This document shows positions 40,176 to 51,002 of a DNA stretch of 64,000 bases, in pieces. The notes beneath the pieces are model-generated. The model was given only the letters and a program-made list of their open reading frames with translations, was not told where the DNA came from and did no database searches. The stretch is from an uncultured Clostridia bacterium (GTDB lineage Bacteria; Bacillota; Clostridia; TANB77; CAG-508), in assembly GCA_948976265.1 (NCBI GenBank), contig CARFUA010000007.1, positions 3,366 through 67,365 on the forward strand, given 5' to 3'. Position numbers and translations under genes: made by a program. Each line of letters starts with the position of its first letter. The first letter of the stretch is position 1.

Positions 40176-42587
40176 TTATTTTTCTAAATTGGTCGCAACT
40201 TTGGAAAACTTTTTCAGTTTTTCCAAAGCTAAATAATTAATCGAACCATTTGGAAAATTGCCTTCTCGATCTTTTTTTCCAGCTGGTACACCTGTCAAAA
40301 TTTCAATTCCTTCTTCAATATTTTTAACTGCATAAACGTGGAATTTTCCATGTTTTACAGAATCAATAATATCGTCTGACAAATGTAAGTTTCGAACATT
40401 CTGTTTTGGGATAATTACGCCTTGTTCTCCGTTGAATCCTCTCATTTTACAAATTTGATAAAATCCCTCAATTTTTTCATTTACACCACCAATTGGTTGA
40501 ATTTCTCCTTTTTGGTTCACAGAACCAGTTACTGCAATTGATTGATTGATTGGAATATCTGCCAAACTAGATAAAATCGCATAGGCTTCTGTACTTGAAG
40601 CACTATCCCCATCTACGCCACCATATAATTGTTCAAAGCAAATACTTCCTGTTAATGATAATGGCATCTTTTGGGCAAATTGTTCACCCAAATAACCAGA
40701 CAAAATCAAAACGCCTTTTGAATGGGAAGAACCTGACATCTGAACTTCTCTTTCAATATTGACAATTCCACTTTTTCCAACATACGTATTAGCCGTAATT
40801 TTAGCTGGTTTCCCAAATGAATAATCTCCAATTGTCATAACGGTTAGACCATTGATTTGACCAACTTTATAACCTTCTGTTTCAATCAACAATGTTTCTT
40901 CTTGAATCATTTGCAAATATTTAGCATCGTATTTTTTAATTCTGTTGACACGTTCATCTAGTGCCTTTTGGATGGATTCTTTGGTAATCACTTTTGATTT
41001 CCCAATTTTGGCCCAAGTAGATGCCTCTCCAATGATTTCACCAATTTCACTAAATTGCGTAGAAATTTTATCTTTATCCCCAGACAACTTAGAAGAAAAT
41101 TCAACCACTTTTGCTACCGCCTCTTTATCCAAAGGTAGCAACTCCTCTTGGTCACAAAAACTTTTGATAAATTTGGCTAATTTCATCACATTTTCGTTTG
41201 TTCTAGGCGCCGATTCTTCAAACTCAACTTTTATTTTAAATAATTTCTTAAAGTCTTCATCCATATTTAACAAAGTATGATACATATTAGAATTTCCAAC
41301 CAATAATACTTTTAAATCCAAAGGAATTGGCTTTGGCTTCAAAGAAATCAAAACCATTGAGTTACGTTGTTCTGCTACATTTTCAATCGCCAATTCTTTT
41401 ACACGTAACGCTTTTTTTAATGCTTCATAGCAAGCTGGATTGGTAATCAAGTCTTTGATTTGAAAGATAATATATCCGCCATTTGCTTCATGAAGTAAAC
41501 CTGGTTTCAACATCATATAATCGGTTTTCAGCATTCCATAATGGTTTTCATATTCCAATCTTCCAAAAATATTATTATATGAATAATTCGTATCCATAAT
41601 AACAGGCGCACCTTCTAATTTACTATTATCAATAAATAAATTGACACGATAATTTAACCAAGGTTCTCTCATTTCTTTTCTTGGTACAGCATTATTCTGT
41701 TCTGCAGAAGCTTTTTGCTCTTCTTCTGATACCAAAAAACAATCGATATTTTTCAAAATATCTTTTTTGACACCATCCAAATAATTGCTAATTTTTTTAT
41801 TTCGTTTGTAATTCGACTTCAAAGCATTAATCTGCATATTAACCGTCATAAGTGCCACATTGGATTGCCAGTTCTCAATTTTTTTATCCGATTCTTTTTC
41901 AATACTTTTAATATCCGATAATGCCGTAAAAATCATTTCTTGCACTTCAGACGATTTTTCTTCATATTGGATTTTAATTTCTTGAGGCAAATTTTCAAAT
42001 TCTTCTTCTGGAATCGTTTTTCCTTCGTAAATTGGCATCATGTAAATTCCGTTATCTGTAGATTTAATTTGAAAGCCTTGTTTCATAGTTTTATCATTTA
42101 ATTTTTTTAATAACGTTTCTCTTTTAATTTCAAACTCTTGTTTGATGATTTTCTTTTCTTTTTCAAATTCATCATTGTTAAACGTTTTTTTAATATCTTT
42201 ACGAATATCTTTTACGAAACTTTCCATATTTTCTTTAAACACTTTTCCCTGACCTGCGGGAAATGAAATCGCAATTGGTTCGTTTGGATCTTCAAAATTA
42301 TAGATATAACACCAGTCACAAGGTGTTTTATCCTTTTTGGCTTTTTTTTCTAAATATTTTTTGGTGTACATCGTTTTTCCAACACCAGATGGTCCCTCTA
42401 AATATAAATTATAACCTTTTACATCAATATCTACACCAAATTCAAGTGCTTTTATGCCTCGATCTTGTCCATATACCAAATCTGAAGTATCTTCAATTTC
42501 TTTGGTTGTTTCAAAACCAAAAAAATTTGGACTACAGATATCTTTTAAGTCTTTTGGTAATAATTCATGTTCATTATTTCTTCTCAT
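40176..42587 (-). CDS. Lon-related AAA+ protease (COG1067-like, 803 aa)
   Basis: Walker A GPSGVGKT, long helical insert, and a C-terminal Lon proteolytic domain (..GDSASSTEAYAILSSLA.. with catalytic Ser context, ..VTGSVNQKGEIQPIGGVNEKIEGF..). Confidence 0.8.
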   Translation of the reverse strand: MRRNNEHELLPKDLKDICSPNFFGFETTKEIEDTSDLVYGQDRGIKALEFGVDIDVKGYNLYLEGPSGVGKTMYTKKYLEKKAKKDKTPCDWCYIYNFEDPNEPIAISFPAGQGKVFKENMESFVKDIRKDIKKTFNNDEFEKEKKIIKQEFEIKRETLLKKLNDKTMKQGFQIKSTDNGIYMMPIYEGKTIPEEEFENLPQEIKIQYEEKSSEVQEMIFTALSDIKSIEKESDKKIENWQSNVALMTVNMQINALKSNYKRNKKISNYLDGVKKDILKNIDCFLVSEEEQKASAEQNNAVPRKEMREPWLNYRVNLFIDNSKLEGAPVIMDTNYSYNNIFGRLEYENHYGMLKTDYMMLKPGLLHEANGGYIIFQIKDLITNPACYEALKKALRVKELAIENVAEQRNSMVLISLKPKPIPLDLKVLLVGNSNMYHTLLNMDEDFKKLFKIKVEFEESAPRTNENVMKLAKFIKSFCDQEELLPLDKEAVAKVVEFSSKLSGDKDKISTQFSEIGEIIGEASTWAKIGKSKVITKESIQKALDERVNRIKKYDAKYLQMIQEETLLIETEGYKVGQINGLTVMTIGDYSFGKPAKITANTYVGKSGIVNIEREVQMSGSSHSKGVLILSGYLGEQFAQKMPLSLTGSICFEQLYGGVDGDSASSTEAYAILSSLADIPINQSIAVTGSVNQKGEIQPIGGVNEKIEGFYQICKMRGFNGEQGVIIPKQNVRNLHLSDDIIDSVKHGKFHVYAVKNIEEGIEILTGVPAGKKDREGNFPNGSINYLALEKLKKFSKVATNLEK

Positions 42588-42652
42588 TTGTACTCCCCCA
42601 TATTTTTATTTTATCTTGATTTTATTTTATATCAAATCAAAAATTTTTTCAA

Positions 42653-43114
42653 TCATTTTTGCAAATTATTTACATTTTTTGACATCAATATCGCATTTTC
42701 TGTCGAATGATAATAATTTTTACGAATGCCGATTTCGAAAAATCCTGCTTTTTCATATAATTTTCTTGCTAAATGATTTATTTCATTCACTTCAAGGAAA
42801 ATCGTCTCGATTTTATTAGTTTCTGCAATTTCAATGATTTTATTTAAAAGAATTGTGCCAACACCATTTCCTCTTTCTGACTTTTTGACAACAAGATTGA
42901 GCAATTCCATTTCTGGATTTGCCATCATAATTCCTACAAATCCAATAATTTGCGTTTCTTTTTTAGCAACAAAATAAATTTTATTTTCTCCCATTAGTTC
43001 AGATTTTAAAACAGCTGGTGTCCAAAAATCATCAAATTCCGAACACAAACAAGTTTTTATGGTTTCATAATCTGCCAAAGTCATTTTTGAAATTTCGATT
43101 TTTTCCATTCTCAT
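42653..43114 (-). CDS. rimI: ribosomal-protein-alanine N-acetyltransferase
   Basis: GNAT motif (..RGNGVGTILL..) and overlap with the tsaB stop. Confidence 0.8.
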   Translation of the reverse strand: MRMEKIEISKMTLADYETIKTCLCSEFDDFWTPAVLKSELMGENKIYFVAKKETQIIGFVGIMMANPEMELLNLVVKKSERGNGVGTILLNKIIEIAETNKIETIFLEVNEINHLARKLYEKAGFFEIGIRKNYYHSTENAILMSKNVNNLQK

Positions 43115-43785
43115 TTCTGTTTTTCCTTCATTCTTTCCGCTTGGGATTTTCTCAAATAAAGTGGAACCAGGGTATCCGCATTTTGCAAATCTTTTTTGAG
43201 ATACTTTTGATAAGCAATTTTTCCACCTAACCCAGCTCTTTGTTCATTTTCCGCAGAAAACTCTGCGGTTGGAATTTCCTGCTCAATCAGCTTTTTATGT
43301 AGCATAGCGCCATCTCCAAGACATATAAGATGATTGTATGTTTTTAATTGTTCCATAATTTTAGCAATATCATCTGCCATTGATTCTTGAATAAGTGACC
43401 AGGTTTCATCAAAAATTCCGCAATAAACTTGATTGTTTCGAGCATCGATTAAAACCGCTTTCGTTTTTTTAGAGTCATCCATTCTGGCTAAAGTTTCTAG
43501 TGAAGTAACACTTGCCAGCGGAATCTGATTTACTTCTGCCATTGCTTTGGCACTTGCCACTCCAATTCGAATTCCTGTAAAAGAACCTGGACCTGTACAA
43601 CACGAAATTAATTTTATTTCAGACAAAGCTACATGATTTTTGGATAAAATTTCCTCTACCATTGGCATTAGATTTTCCGAATGGGTTTTTCCGTCATCCA
43701 AATTCATTTCATCTACAATCACTTCGTCTTCCAAAAGCGCAACACTACATATCTTACTGGCAGTATCTATCGATAAAATTTTCAT
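43111..43785 (-). CDS. tsaB: tRNA t6A37 biosynthesis protein TsaB
   Basis: MKILSIDTAS.. start and ..GPGSFTGIRIG.. motif. Confidence 0.85.
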   Translation of the reverse strand: MKILSIDTASKICSVALLEDEVIVDEMNLDDGKTHSENLMPMVEEILSKNHVALSEIKLISCCTGPGSFTGIRIGVASAKAMAEVNQIPLASVTSLETLARMDDSKKTKAVLIDARNNQVYCGIFDETWSLIQESMADDIAKIMEQLKTYNHLICLGDGAMLHKKLIEQEIPTAEFSAENEQRAGLGGKIAYQKYLKKDLQNADTLVPLYLRKSQAERMKEKQK

Positions 43786-43868
43786 AATAACTCCTTTTTT
43801 TATTTTTTACTGTATCACAAAAACGTTAAAAAGTCCACTTAAATCAGTAAAATCAGTTTTTAGTCTTT

Positions 43869-45134
43869 TCATTTTAATACATATACATTTCCTGGATTAA
43901 CCGCAAAATGAGGTGTATAAATCACCCAATCGGTTACATCTTGAACGGTGTACCAGTTTTCGTCTCCCTCATGAATTCCTTTTACCTGATAAGGTTCTTG
44001 CAATAGCTTTGCTTTAAATTTATCGCCTTCAAACGCAATGCATTCAAACCAAATATGTTCATAATTATTTTCATCATCAATGGGAAGACCAATTTTTAGT
44101 GTAATCTTATTTTCTTTCTCAGCTGAAGCTTTTTTCACAAAATCAAATCTTTCTTCAGCAAGTTGCTTCATGCGAGCAGTTTCTTCGTTGCTGATGAAAA
44201 AGATAGGATTATCCCCCCATTTATCATTAAATTCAGAAACTTTAGTAAATTTTCCTTGTTTCTCATCTTCCTCACTTTTATAAACAAAAATAATGCTTGT
44301 TTTACTGTTATGTCCATCTTTTCTGTCCGAAATGTTTCCCAATTTTAAATTTTTATATTCGCTTAATCCATTTGTCCAAGAAATATAAGTAGCAACAACA
44401 GGTTGCTTGTTCGACAAAAGTCCAATATAAGCACTTTTCGGATTATTTTCCTTTTTGTCAATTAAATAACTGGCAAAAGTTGCAATTAAATGGTAATGAT
44501 TATTATAGTTATCTTTATCAGATTGTAAAATTTCAAGTTCTGTTAGTCCACATCTGCAAAGTCCATGCGTATGTAGCCATACTTCCCCTTTGTCGCCAGA
44601 TACTGCTTGCACAGTAAATAAATCATTAGAACCTGGTAAAACTTTTGAATCAGCCGTCATTTTTACCCAAGATGGTGGCATTATCTTTTCTGCGCTTTCA
44701 TCCATAACGCCTAACAAATTAGGTATCATAGCCACAGCAATTTTTAATTGAAGATGATAAGATTTTTTTGAATCTTGATTGAATTTCATAAAAATGGTCA
44801 ATGATGTATTAGCATTTTTTAGCTTTTTCAATTCGTCTTCTGAAAAATAATAATTTTTATTTAAGTACATTTCTGGTACTGAAAATTTAGAAGGGTAATA
44901 GCCAATAACATATTCTTCTTTTTCATAACTTAATTTTATTTTTCCTGGTTCATTTTCTGTTAATTTATGTTCTTCTATTATTGTTACCCCTTCTATTTTA
45001 GCAACTCTCTCACATACACTATCTAATAGTTCTTGACTAGGATTTTCTGGCACAACTTGCATATAAGATTCCGCTTCCCAATAGCCTAAAGGCTGTTCTT
45101 TAAACTTTTCCGTTTTATTTTTATTAAAAAACAT
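43869..45134 (-). CDS. DUF4026/DUF2314-like two-domain protein
   Basis: C-terminal ..EHIWFECIAFEGDKFKAKLLQEPYQVKGIHEGDE..V..VTDW.. resembles DUF2314. The start is taken at the third ATG, 6 nt after GGAGA. Confidence 0.45.
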   Translation of the reverse strand: MFFNKNKTEKFKEQPLGYWEAESYMQVVPENPSQELLDSVCERVAKIEGVTIIEEHKLTENEPGKIKLSYEKEEYVIGYYPSKFSVPEMYLNKNYYFSEDELKKLKNANTSLTIFMKFNQDSKKSYHLQLKIAVAMIPNLLGVMDESAEKIMPPSWVKMTADSKVLPGSNDLFTVQAVSGDKGEVWLHTHGLCRCGLTELEILQSDKDNYNNHYHLIATFASYLIDKKENNPKSAYIGLLSNKQPVVATYISWTNGLSEYKNLKLGNISDRKDGHNSKTSIIFVYKSEEDEKQGKFTKVSEFNDKWGDNPIFFISNEETARMKQLAEERFDFVKKASAEKENKITLKIGLPIDDENNYEHIWFECIAFEGDKFKAKLLQEPYQVKGIHEGDENWYTVQDVTDWVIYTPHFAVNPGNVYVLK

Positions 45135-45275
45135 AGACATTCTCCTTTTCATTATTTCTCTTGATTATTGTATTATTATAACACGCTTTTTAAAAAAAGT
45201 ATATAGAAATTGTCAAGAAAAAATAAGTCAAAAAAGTATTTTTAGGTTTACCTTTTTAACTTATTTTTCAATGAT

Positions 45276-46631
45276 TTATCCGTTATATTTCCAATGAGCG
45301 TAATACGTTACATCTGATGTAACGCTTGTGTTGCTATCAATTTTAGTGCCACCTACTGGATTGGTGTACCAACCGTCGAAGGTATAGCCTTCACGGGTTG
45401 GTGTTGAGAGCGTGCCGAGAGTTTCGTTGTATTTTTTTATTGCAGTTGTAACATTAAGTGAACTAGTTTTACTCACCTCTAAAGAATGAATATATAACTT
45501 ACTATCTTCTGACCAAACAACTTCATTACCTGCTACTTCTTTACTCCATGTATAAAATACAAATGCATGATGTCCGTAGTTATATTTTGCAGTAAATGTA
45601 TGTGTAAATCTTTGCCATTCTGTGCTTAAATTAATATCTATGCCTCCTTTTTGTTCATGTCCTAGTCTAAATTTATCTCTAGGAGTGTCTGATTTTACAT
45701 AGACACTCCATGTATAGGTTTCTCCATTGTTTAACTCGTCCATAGGAAAATAAATACCTGAAAATTTATCTGCACCTGTAAATTCTAAGATTTTTCCATC
45801 GATTGCAGAATTATTTCCTATAATCGTACTTGATTTAAGGTAAGAGGATTTTGAATAATTATTTGGATTAGAAGCATTAATTGCTAAGTTATTTTCCAAG
45901 TAGTTCTTATCAAAAGTTACCATATAATTATTAATTTTCCAATGCGCATAATACGTTACATCTCCCGCAGGCACAGTTGTACTACTCGAAATCTTTGTAC
46001 CTCCACTTGGCGCCGTGTACCAACCGTCGAAGGTATAGCCTTCGCGAGTTGGAGTTGAGAGAGTGCCTAGAGTTGAGTTGTAGGTTTTTTGAACAGAGGT
46101 TGTATTGAGTGAACTTGCTTTTGTCAATTCTACTGAGTGAACATATAATTTATCTCCCAAATTCCATGTAGAACCTGTTCCATATCCTGCATAAAATATA
46201 AATGCTCGATTTGGTGGAGGATTACCTGTTACTGTAAAAGTATGCGTAAATCTTTGCCATTCTGTTGTTAGGTCTACTTTTTTCTCTCCATACCATTCAC
46301 TTCCTATATTTATTCTCGTATTTTTACTAGATTTTACATATACACTCCATGTGTAAGTAGAACCTTGCTCAAAAGCTGGTACTCCAAAAGAACTCCAAAC
46401 GCCACCTCCAAAATCATCAAAAGTAACTTCTAAGGATTTTCCATCAATTGCTTCATCATTTTCAATAACTTGCCTATCTAATATTCCTACATTAACTGTC
46501 CCACCACTGGATGTTAAGAATGGAGCAGAGTTTGTACATAAATTATTCTCCAAATAGTTCTTATCAAACGTCACCGTATAACTATTAATTTTCCATAATG
46601 CGTATAACGTCACTTTTGTGCTTTTATTCAT
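45276..46631 (-). CDS. protein made of two tandem modules: CBM-like domain + Listeria/Bacteroides (Flg_new) repeat
   Basis: Two ~220-aa repeats, each ending ..TLGTLSTPTREGYTFDGWYT.P.GGTKI......DVTYYAHWK. No signal peptide. RBS GAGGA. Confidence 0.5.
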   Translation of the reverse strand: MNKSTKVTLYALWKINSYTVTFDKNYLENNLCTNSAPFLTSSGGTVNVGILDRQVIENDEAIDGKSLEVTFDDFGGGVWSSFGVPAFEQGSTYTWSVYVKSSKNTRINIGSEWYGEKKVDLTTEWQRFTHTFTVTGNPPPNRAFIFYAGYGTGSTWNLGDKLYVHSVELTKASSLNTTSVQKTYNSTLGTLSTPTREGYTFDGWYTAPSGGTKISSSTTVPAGDVTYYAHWKINNYMVTFDKNYLENNLAINASNPNNYSKSSYLKSSTIIGNNSAIDGKILEFTGADKFSGIYFPMDELNNGETYTWSVYVKSDTPRDKFRLGHEQKGGIDINLSTEWQRFTHTFTAKYNYGHHAFVFYTWSKEVAGNEVVWSEDSKLYIHSLEVSKTSSLNVTTAIKKYNETLGTLSTPTREGYTFDGWYTNPVGGTKIDSNTSVTSDVTYYAHWKYNG

Positions 46632-46703
46632 GAAAATTCCTCAAAAAAAAATAGTAAGTCAAAAATAATTCCCATCCTATTTTTGACTTACTATCAAATG
46701 AGC

Positions 46704-47225
46704 TTAAAAAGTATTCCAAAATATTAATTCATCCAAACTTTTTCTCTTTGCATGCATTGCACTTGGTACTTCATCTTCAGCTGGATAACCAAAGGGCAAT
46801 AAATTCACAATTTCCAAATTATCTGGAATCTTCAATATTTCTCTTGCCTTAACCGGATCAAAAGAAGCAACCCATGTGGAACCTAAGCCCAATTCCGTAA
46901 TTTGTAGCATCATATGTGTGGAAACAATACTGCTATCCACTATTCCCTCATCCTGCCCATCATATTTTCTTTTCCACGATTCTTCCTTTTCATAACATAC
47001 AACCAAAATAACTGGTGCATCAAACGTAAATCTAGTACATTCTTTTAATTCATTGATTGTATCTTTATCTGTTATCACCAAAATTCGTTGTGGTTGAAAA
47101 TTGCAAGCCGTTGGTGCTAATCTTCCTGCTTCTAACACAATTTCAATTTTTTCCTTTTCTACTTCTTTATCTAAAAACTTTCGACAAGAATATCTACTTT
47201 TAGCTAATTCTAAAAATTCCATCAT
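46704..47225 (-). CDS. nitroreductase family protein
   Basis: ..RYSCRKF.. start motif and ..APTACNFQPQRI... Confidence 0.8.
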   Translation of the reverse strand: MMEFLELAKSRYSCRKFLDKEVEKEKIEIVLEAGRLAPTACNFQPQRILVITDKDTINELKECTRFTFDAPVILVVCYEKEESWKRKYDGQDEGIVDSSIVSTHMMLQITELGLGSTWVASFDPVKAREILKIPDNLEIVNLLPFGYPAEDEVPSAMHAKRKSLDELIFWNTF

Positions 47226-47231
47226 TCCTCC

Positions 47232-48530
47232 TTAGGCAGTTTCTTCTTTTTTGGCAGTTTTCAACTTCTTCTTATGCTTGATTGGTTCACGTTTTTTATT
47301 TTCGTCAATCTCCAATTTAGGCTGTTCTTTTGATTGCACTGTCTCTTTCGTAATCATACATTTTACGATTTTTTCATTGGACGGAATATCATACATAACA
47401 TCTCGCATGATTTCTTCAATAATTGAACGCAAACCTCTTGCGCCTGTATTTCTTTCAATTGCTTTATCTACAATGACTTCTAAAGCATCTGGCTCAAATT
47501 CCAATTCGACACCATCTAATTCAACTAATTTTTTATATTGTTTTACAAGCGCATTTTTTGGTTTTGTCACAATATCAATCAACGCTTCTCTTGTTAAACC
47601 ATCTAATGTGGCTGTAATTGGAAGTCTTCCTACGAATTCTGGAATAAGTCCAAATTTTAATAAATCTTGTGGCAATAAAGATTTAAAGATTTCAGTTTTA
47701 TTTATATCTTTTTTACTTTCGATTTTAGCCCCAAATCCCATTGATTTTTGACCCACTCGTTCTTTGATAATATGCTCCAAGCCTTCAAATGCGCCTCCAC
47801 AGATAAATAAAATATTCGAAGTGTCAATCTGTAAAAATTCTTGATGTGGATGTTTTCTTCCTCCTTGTGGTGGAACCGAAGCCACAGTTCCTTCAATGAT
47901 TTTTAACAAAGCCTGCTGAACGCCTTCTCCACTCACATCTCTTGTAATGGATGGGTTTTCAGATTTCCTTGTAATTTTGTCAATTTCATCAATATAAATA
48001 ATTCCTTTTTGCGCCTTTTCCGTATCAAAATTGGCAGCTTGCAATAATTTTAAAAGAATATTTTCAACATCTTCCCCAACATAACCTGCTTCTGTTAACG
48101 TAGTCGCATCTGCTATGGCAAATGGCACATTTAGGATTTTCGCCAACGTTTGAGCAAGAAGCGTTTTTCCACAACCAGTTGGCCCAAGCAACAAAATATT
48201 ACTTTTCTGAATTTCTACATCGTCCATAAATTCTAAATTATTGATTCTTTTATAATGGTTATAAACGGCAACAGACAAAGTTTTCTTTGCTTCTTCTTGC
48301 CCAATTACATATTCATCTAGAATTTTCTTAATTTCAGCTGGTGTTGGCATTTCGATTTGTTCAACGATTTCTTCTTCATCATACACTTCTTCCTCGATGA
48401 TATCTTGGCATAGCCCAACACATTCATCACAAATAAATACACCACTTGGTCCAGCAATTATTTTTTTTACAACTTCTTGTGGTTTCCCACAAAAAGAACA
48501 TTTTATATTTCGATCTTGTGTTTTTGGCAT
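47232..48530 (-). CDS. clpX: ATP-dependent Clp protease ATP-binding subunit ClpX
   Basis: N-terminal zinc finger CSFCGK..CDEC, Walker [12 protein letters not shown]-type loop. Confidence 0.95.
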   Translation of the reverse strand: MPKTQDRNIKCSFCGKPQEVVKKIIAGPSGVFICDECVGLCQDIIEEEVYDEEEIVEQIEMPTPAEIKKILDEYVIGQEEAKKTLSVAVYNHYKRINNLEFMDDVEIQKSNILLLGPTGCGKTLLAQTLAKILNVPFAIADATTLTEAGYVGEDVENILLKLLQAANFDTEKAQKGIIYIDEIDKITRKSENPSITRDVSGEGVQQALLKIIEGTVASVPPQGGRKHPHQEFLQIDTSNILFICGGAFEGLEHIIKERVGQKSMGFGAKIESKKDINKTEIFKSLLPQDLLKFGLIPEFVGRLPITATLDGLTREALIDIVTKPKNALVKQYKKLVELDGVELEFEPDALEVIVDKAIERNTGARGLRSIIEEIMRDVMYDIPSNEKIVKCMITKETVQSKEQPKLEIDENKKREPIKHKKKLKTAKKEETA

Positions 48531-48542
48531 TCCTAAGCCCTC

Positions 48543-49145
48543 CTAATTTCTTTTATCTAAGATTCCATCAATCAAACCATATTCTAATGCTTGCTGTGCT
48601 GTCATGTAGTTATCTCTTTCTGTGTCATTTTGAATGGTTTCTAGACTTTGACCTGTTCTATCGCTTAATAATTTATTCAACTTTTCTCTGGTTCGAACCA
48701 TGTGGTCAGCATGAATTTTAATTTCTGTTGTTTGACCAGAAAGTCCGCCACCACCAATTAATGGTTGATGAATTAGAATTTCAGCATTTGGTGTTGCAAA
48801 ACGTTTTCCTTTTGCACCAGATGCCAATAAAACAGCTCCCATACTAGCTGCCATCCCAATACAAATCGTCGATACAGGGCATTTAATATAATTAATCGTA
48901 TCCACAATCGCCATTCCATCGGTAATTGAACCACCTGGACTATTGATATATAAAGAAATTTCCTTATCTGGATCCTCTGACTCCAAAAACAACAATTGTG
49001 CTACTACTAAACTTGCTGATGCAGAATTTACATCTTCTGCTAAAAATATAATTCTATCTTTTAATAATCTTGAAAAAATATCGTATGACCTTTCTCCTCT
49101 GCTTGTTTGCTCGATTACGTAAGGTACTAAACTATTTTCTATCAT
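48543..49145 (-). CDS. clpP: ATP-dependent Clp protease proteolytic subunit
   Basis: ..[19 protein letters not shown].. and catalytic GMAASMG, HQP. Confidence 0.95.
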   Translation of the reverse strand: MIENSLVPYVIEQTSRGERSYDIFSRLLKDRIIFLAEDVNSASASLVVAQLLFLESEDPDKEISLYINSPGGSITDGMAIVDTINYIKCPVSTICIGMAASMGAVLLASGAKGKRFATPNAEILIHQPLIGGGGLSGQTTEIKIHADHMVRTREKLNKLLSDRTGQSLETIQNDTERDNYMTAQQALEYGLIDGILDKRN

Positions 49146-49319
49146 TTGATTCCTCCTTGTATTTTATAATAATATTATTACTATATACCATATTCATTTT
49201 TTTTTCAAGCTTTTAAAGAAAGAAATTTAAAGTTTTCGGGAATAAAATCATCGCAAATTTTGACATAATTTTTGATTCAAAAATAAAAACGCTTTCTTTT
49301 ACAAAAGCGTTTTAAAATA

Positions 49320-50747
49320 TTATTTTTTACTACTCTTCTTTTCTTCTTTCCCTTGTTTTTCTTCTTTAGTTGTAGATTTTTTAGTTGTCTTTTTTTCCGT
49401 CTTTTTTTCTTTCTTTTCGCTATGATTGTGTCCACAATCGCATTCATCTTCTTTTGCTACAACTTCTTTTACTTTAGCATTTTCAATAATAAATTCAATT
49501 GATTTTTCTGATTTAATGCTATTTTCAATATTGGTTTTTAATTCTTCATTTTTCATCAATTCGTCTTCTTTTCTACCATAAGCAGTTGCTAGTTCTTTGA
49601 TTTTCTCTTTGATTTCTTTTTCGGTTACTTCAATTTTAGCATCTTTTCCAACTGCTTCTAACACCAATCTCATTTTGACAGATTCTGTTGCAGGCGTTTC
49701 GCATTCTTTCTTATAATCTTCCATCGTTTTACCAATCATGCCTAAATATTGTTCCAATTTCATACCTTGGTAAGCTAGACGATTGTCCATATCTTGTATC
49801 ATACCTTCTACTTCTGCTTCAATCATACCAGATGGAATATCAATTTCTGTAACGTCTGCGACAGCTTTTACCGCTGATTCTTGCAACTCATTTTTGCTTC
49901 TTGTTTGGTTTTGTTCTTCTTTTTTCGCTTTGATATCTGCTTTTAATTCTTTTAATGTATCAAATTCGCTGACATCTTTTGCAAACTCATCATCAATTTT
50001 TGGTAATTCTTTTTCTTTAATCTCATGAACTTTTACTTTAAATACAGCATCTTTTCCAGCTAACTCTTTTGAAAAATATTCGTCTGGGAATTTTACGTTA
50101 ATATCTTTTTCTTCCTCTGTTTTCATGCCAACTACTTGGTCTTCAAATCCTGGAATAAAGGTATTGCTTCCCAATTTTAATTCATGATTTTCTGCTTTTC
50201 CACCTTCAAATTCTTTTCCGTCAACCGAACCACAAAAATCAATCACAACGGTATCTTCTAATCTAGCAGCTCGATTGGTTACAGTTACCATTCTAGAATT
50301 TCTATCCGCCATATGGCTTAATTCGTGTTCTATCGTCTGTTCTGTTACTTCATATTTATTTTTTTCTAATGCAATTCCTTTATATTTTCCAAGTTTTACT
50401 TCTGGTTTTGTTTGTACAATTGCTGTAAAAATCAAATCTTTGCCTTTTTCCATTTGAACAACATCAATTTCAGGACGACTAACAACGTCTAATTTTTCTT
50501 CTTTGATTGCGTTATCATAAATTTCTGGCACAATTTCATTGAATGTATCTTCATAAAATATTTCTGCACCATAGAATTTTTCTACCATGTTCATTGGAAC
50601 TTTCCCTTTTCGAAATCCTGGTATGCTAAAATATTTTGCATTTTTCTTATAAACTGTATTCATCCCTTCTTCAAATACTTTACTATTCACTGTAAATTCT
50701 AATTTTAATTCATTTTTGTTCTCTGTCTTTTCAACTTTAACACTCAT
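49320..50747 (-). CDS. tig: trigger factor with Lys-rich C-terminal extension
   Basis: ..GFRKGKVP.. ribosome-binding motif, FKBP-type PPIase domain, ~50-aa K/E/T-rich tail. Confidence 0.9.
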   Translation of the reverse strand: MSVKVEKTENKNELKLEFTVNSKVFEEGMNTVYKKNAKYFSIPGFRKGKVPMNMVEKFYGAEIFYEDTFNEIVPEIYDNAIKEEKLDVVSRPEIDVVQMEKGKDLIFTAIVQTKPEVKLGKYKGIALEKNKYEVTEQTIEHELSHMADRNSRMVTVTNRAARLEDTVVIDFCGSVDGKEFEGGKAENHELKLGSNTFIPGFEDQVVGMKTEEEKDINVKFPDEYFSKELAGKDAVFKVKVHEIKEKELPKIDDEFAKDVSEFDTLKELKADIKAKKEEQNQTRSKNELQESAVKAVADVTEIDIPSGMIEAEVEGMIQDMDNRLAYQGMKLEQYLGMIGKTMEDYKKECETPATESVKMRLVLEAVGKDAKIEVTEKEIKEKIKELATAYGRKEDELMKNEELKTNIENSIKSEKSIEFIIENAKVKEVVAKEDECDCGHNHSEKKEKKTEKKTTKKSTTKEEKQGKEEKKSSKK

Positions 50748-51002
50748 TTTTATTCCTCCAAAATTTTTTATTTCATACAGTTTTATTATTATATCATAAA
50801 TATTTTAAAAATCAAGTGTTTTTTTGAATATCTGAAAAAACTTGACTTTTCTAAATTTTGTGATATAATTATAATAGAAGATTTTGTGTATTTTTTAATA
50901 CTAATTAGAATTAGGAAAGCTTTTTCTCCTAGACTTCTTAGTTAGTCACTCGTAAACCTTAGCATTATTTTACAATTTCATTTTATTAAAGGAGGAATTT
51001 TT

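Noticed and set aside
40176-42587. Lon-like protease as BrxL of a BREX system.
   Set aside because: No PglX/PglZ/BrxA-C-like genes are nearby, and the partner proteins do not resemble BREX components.
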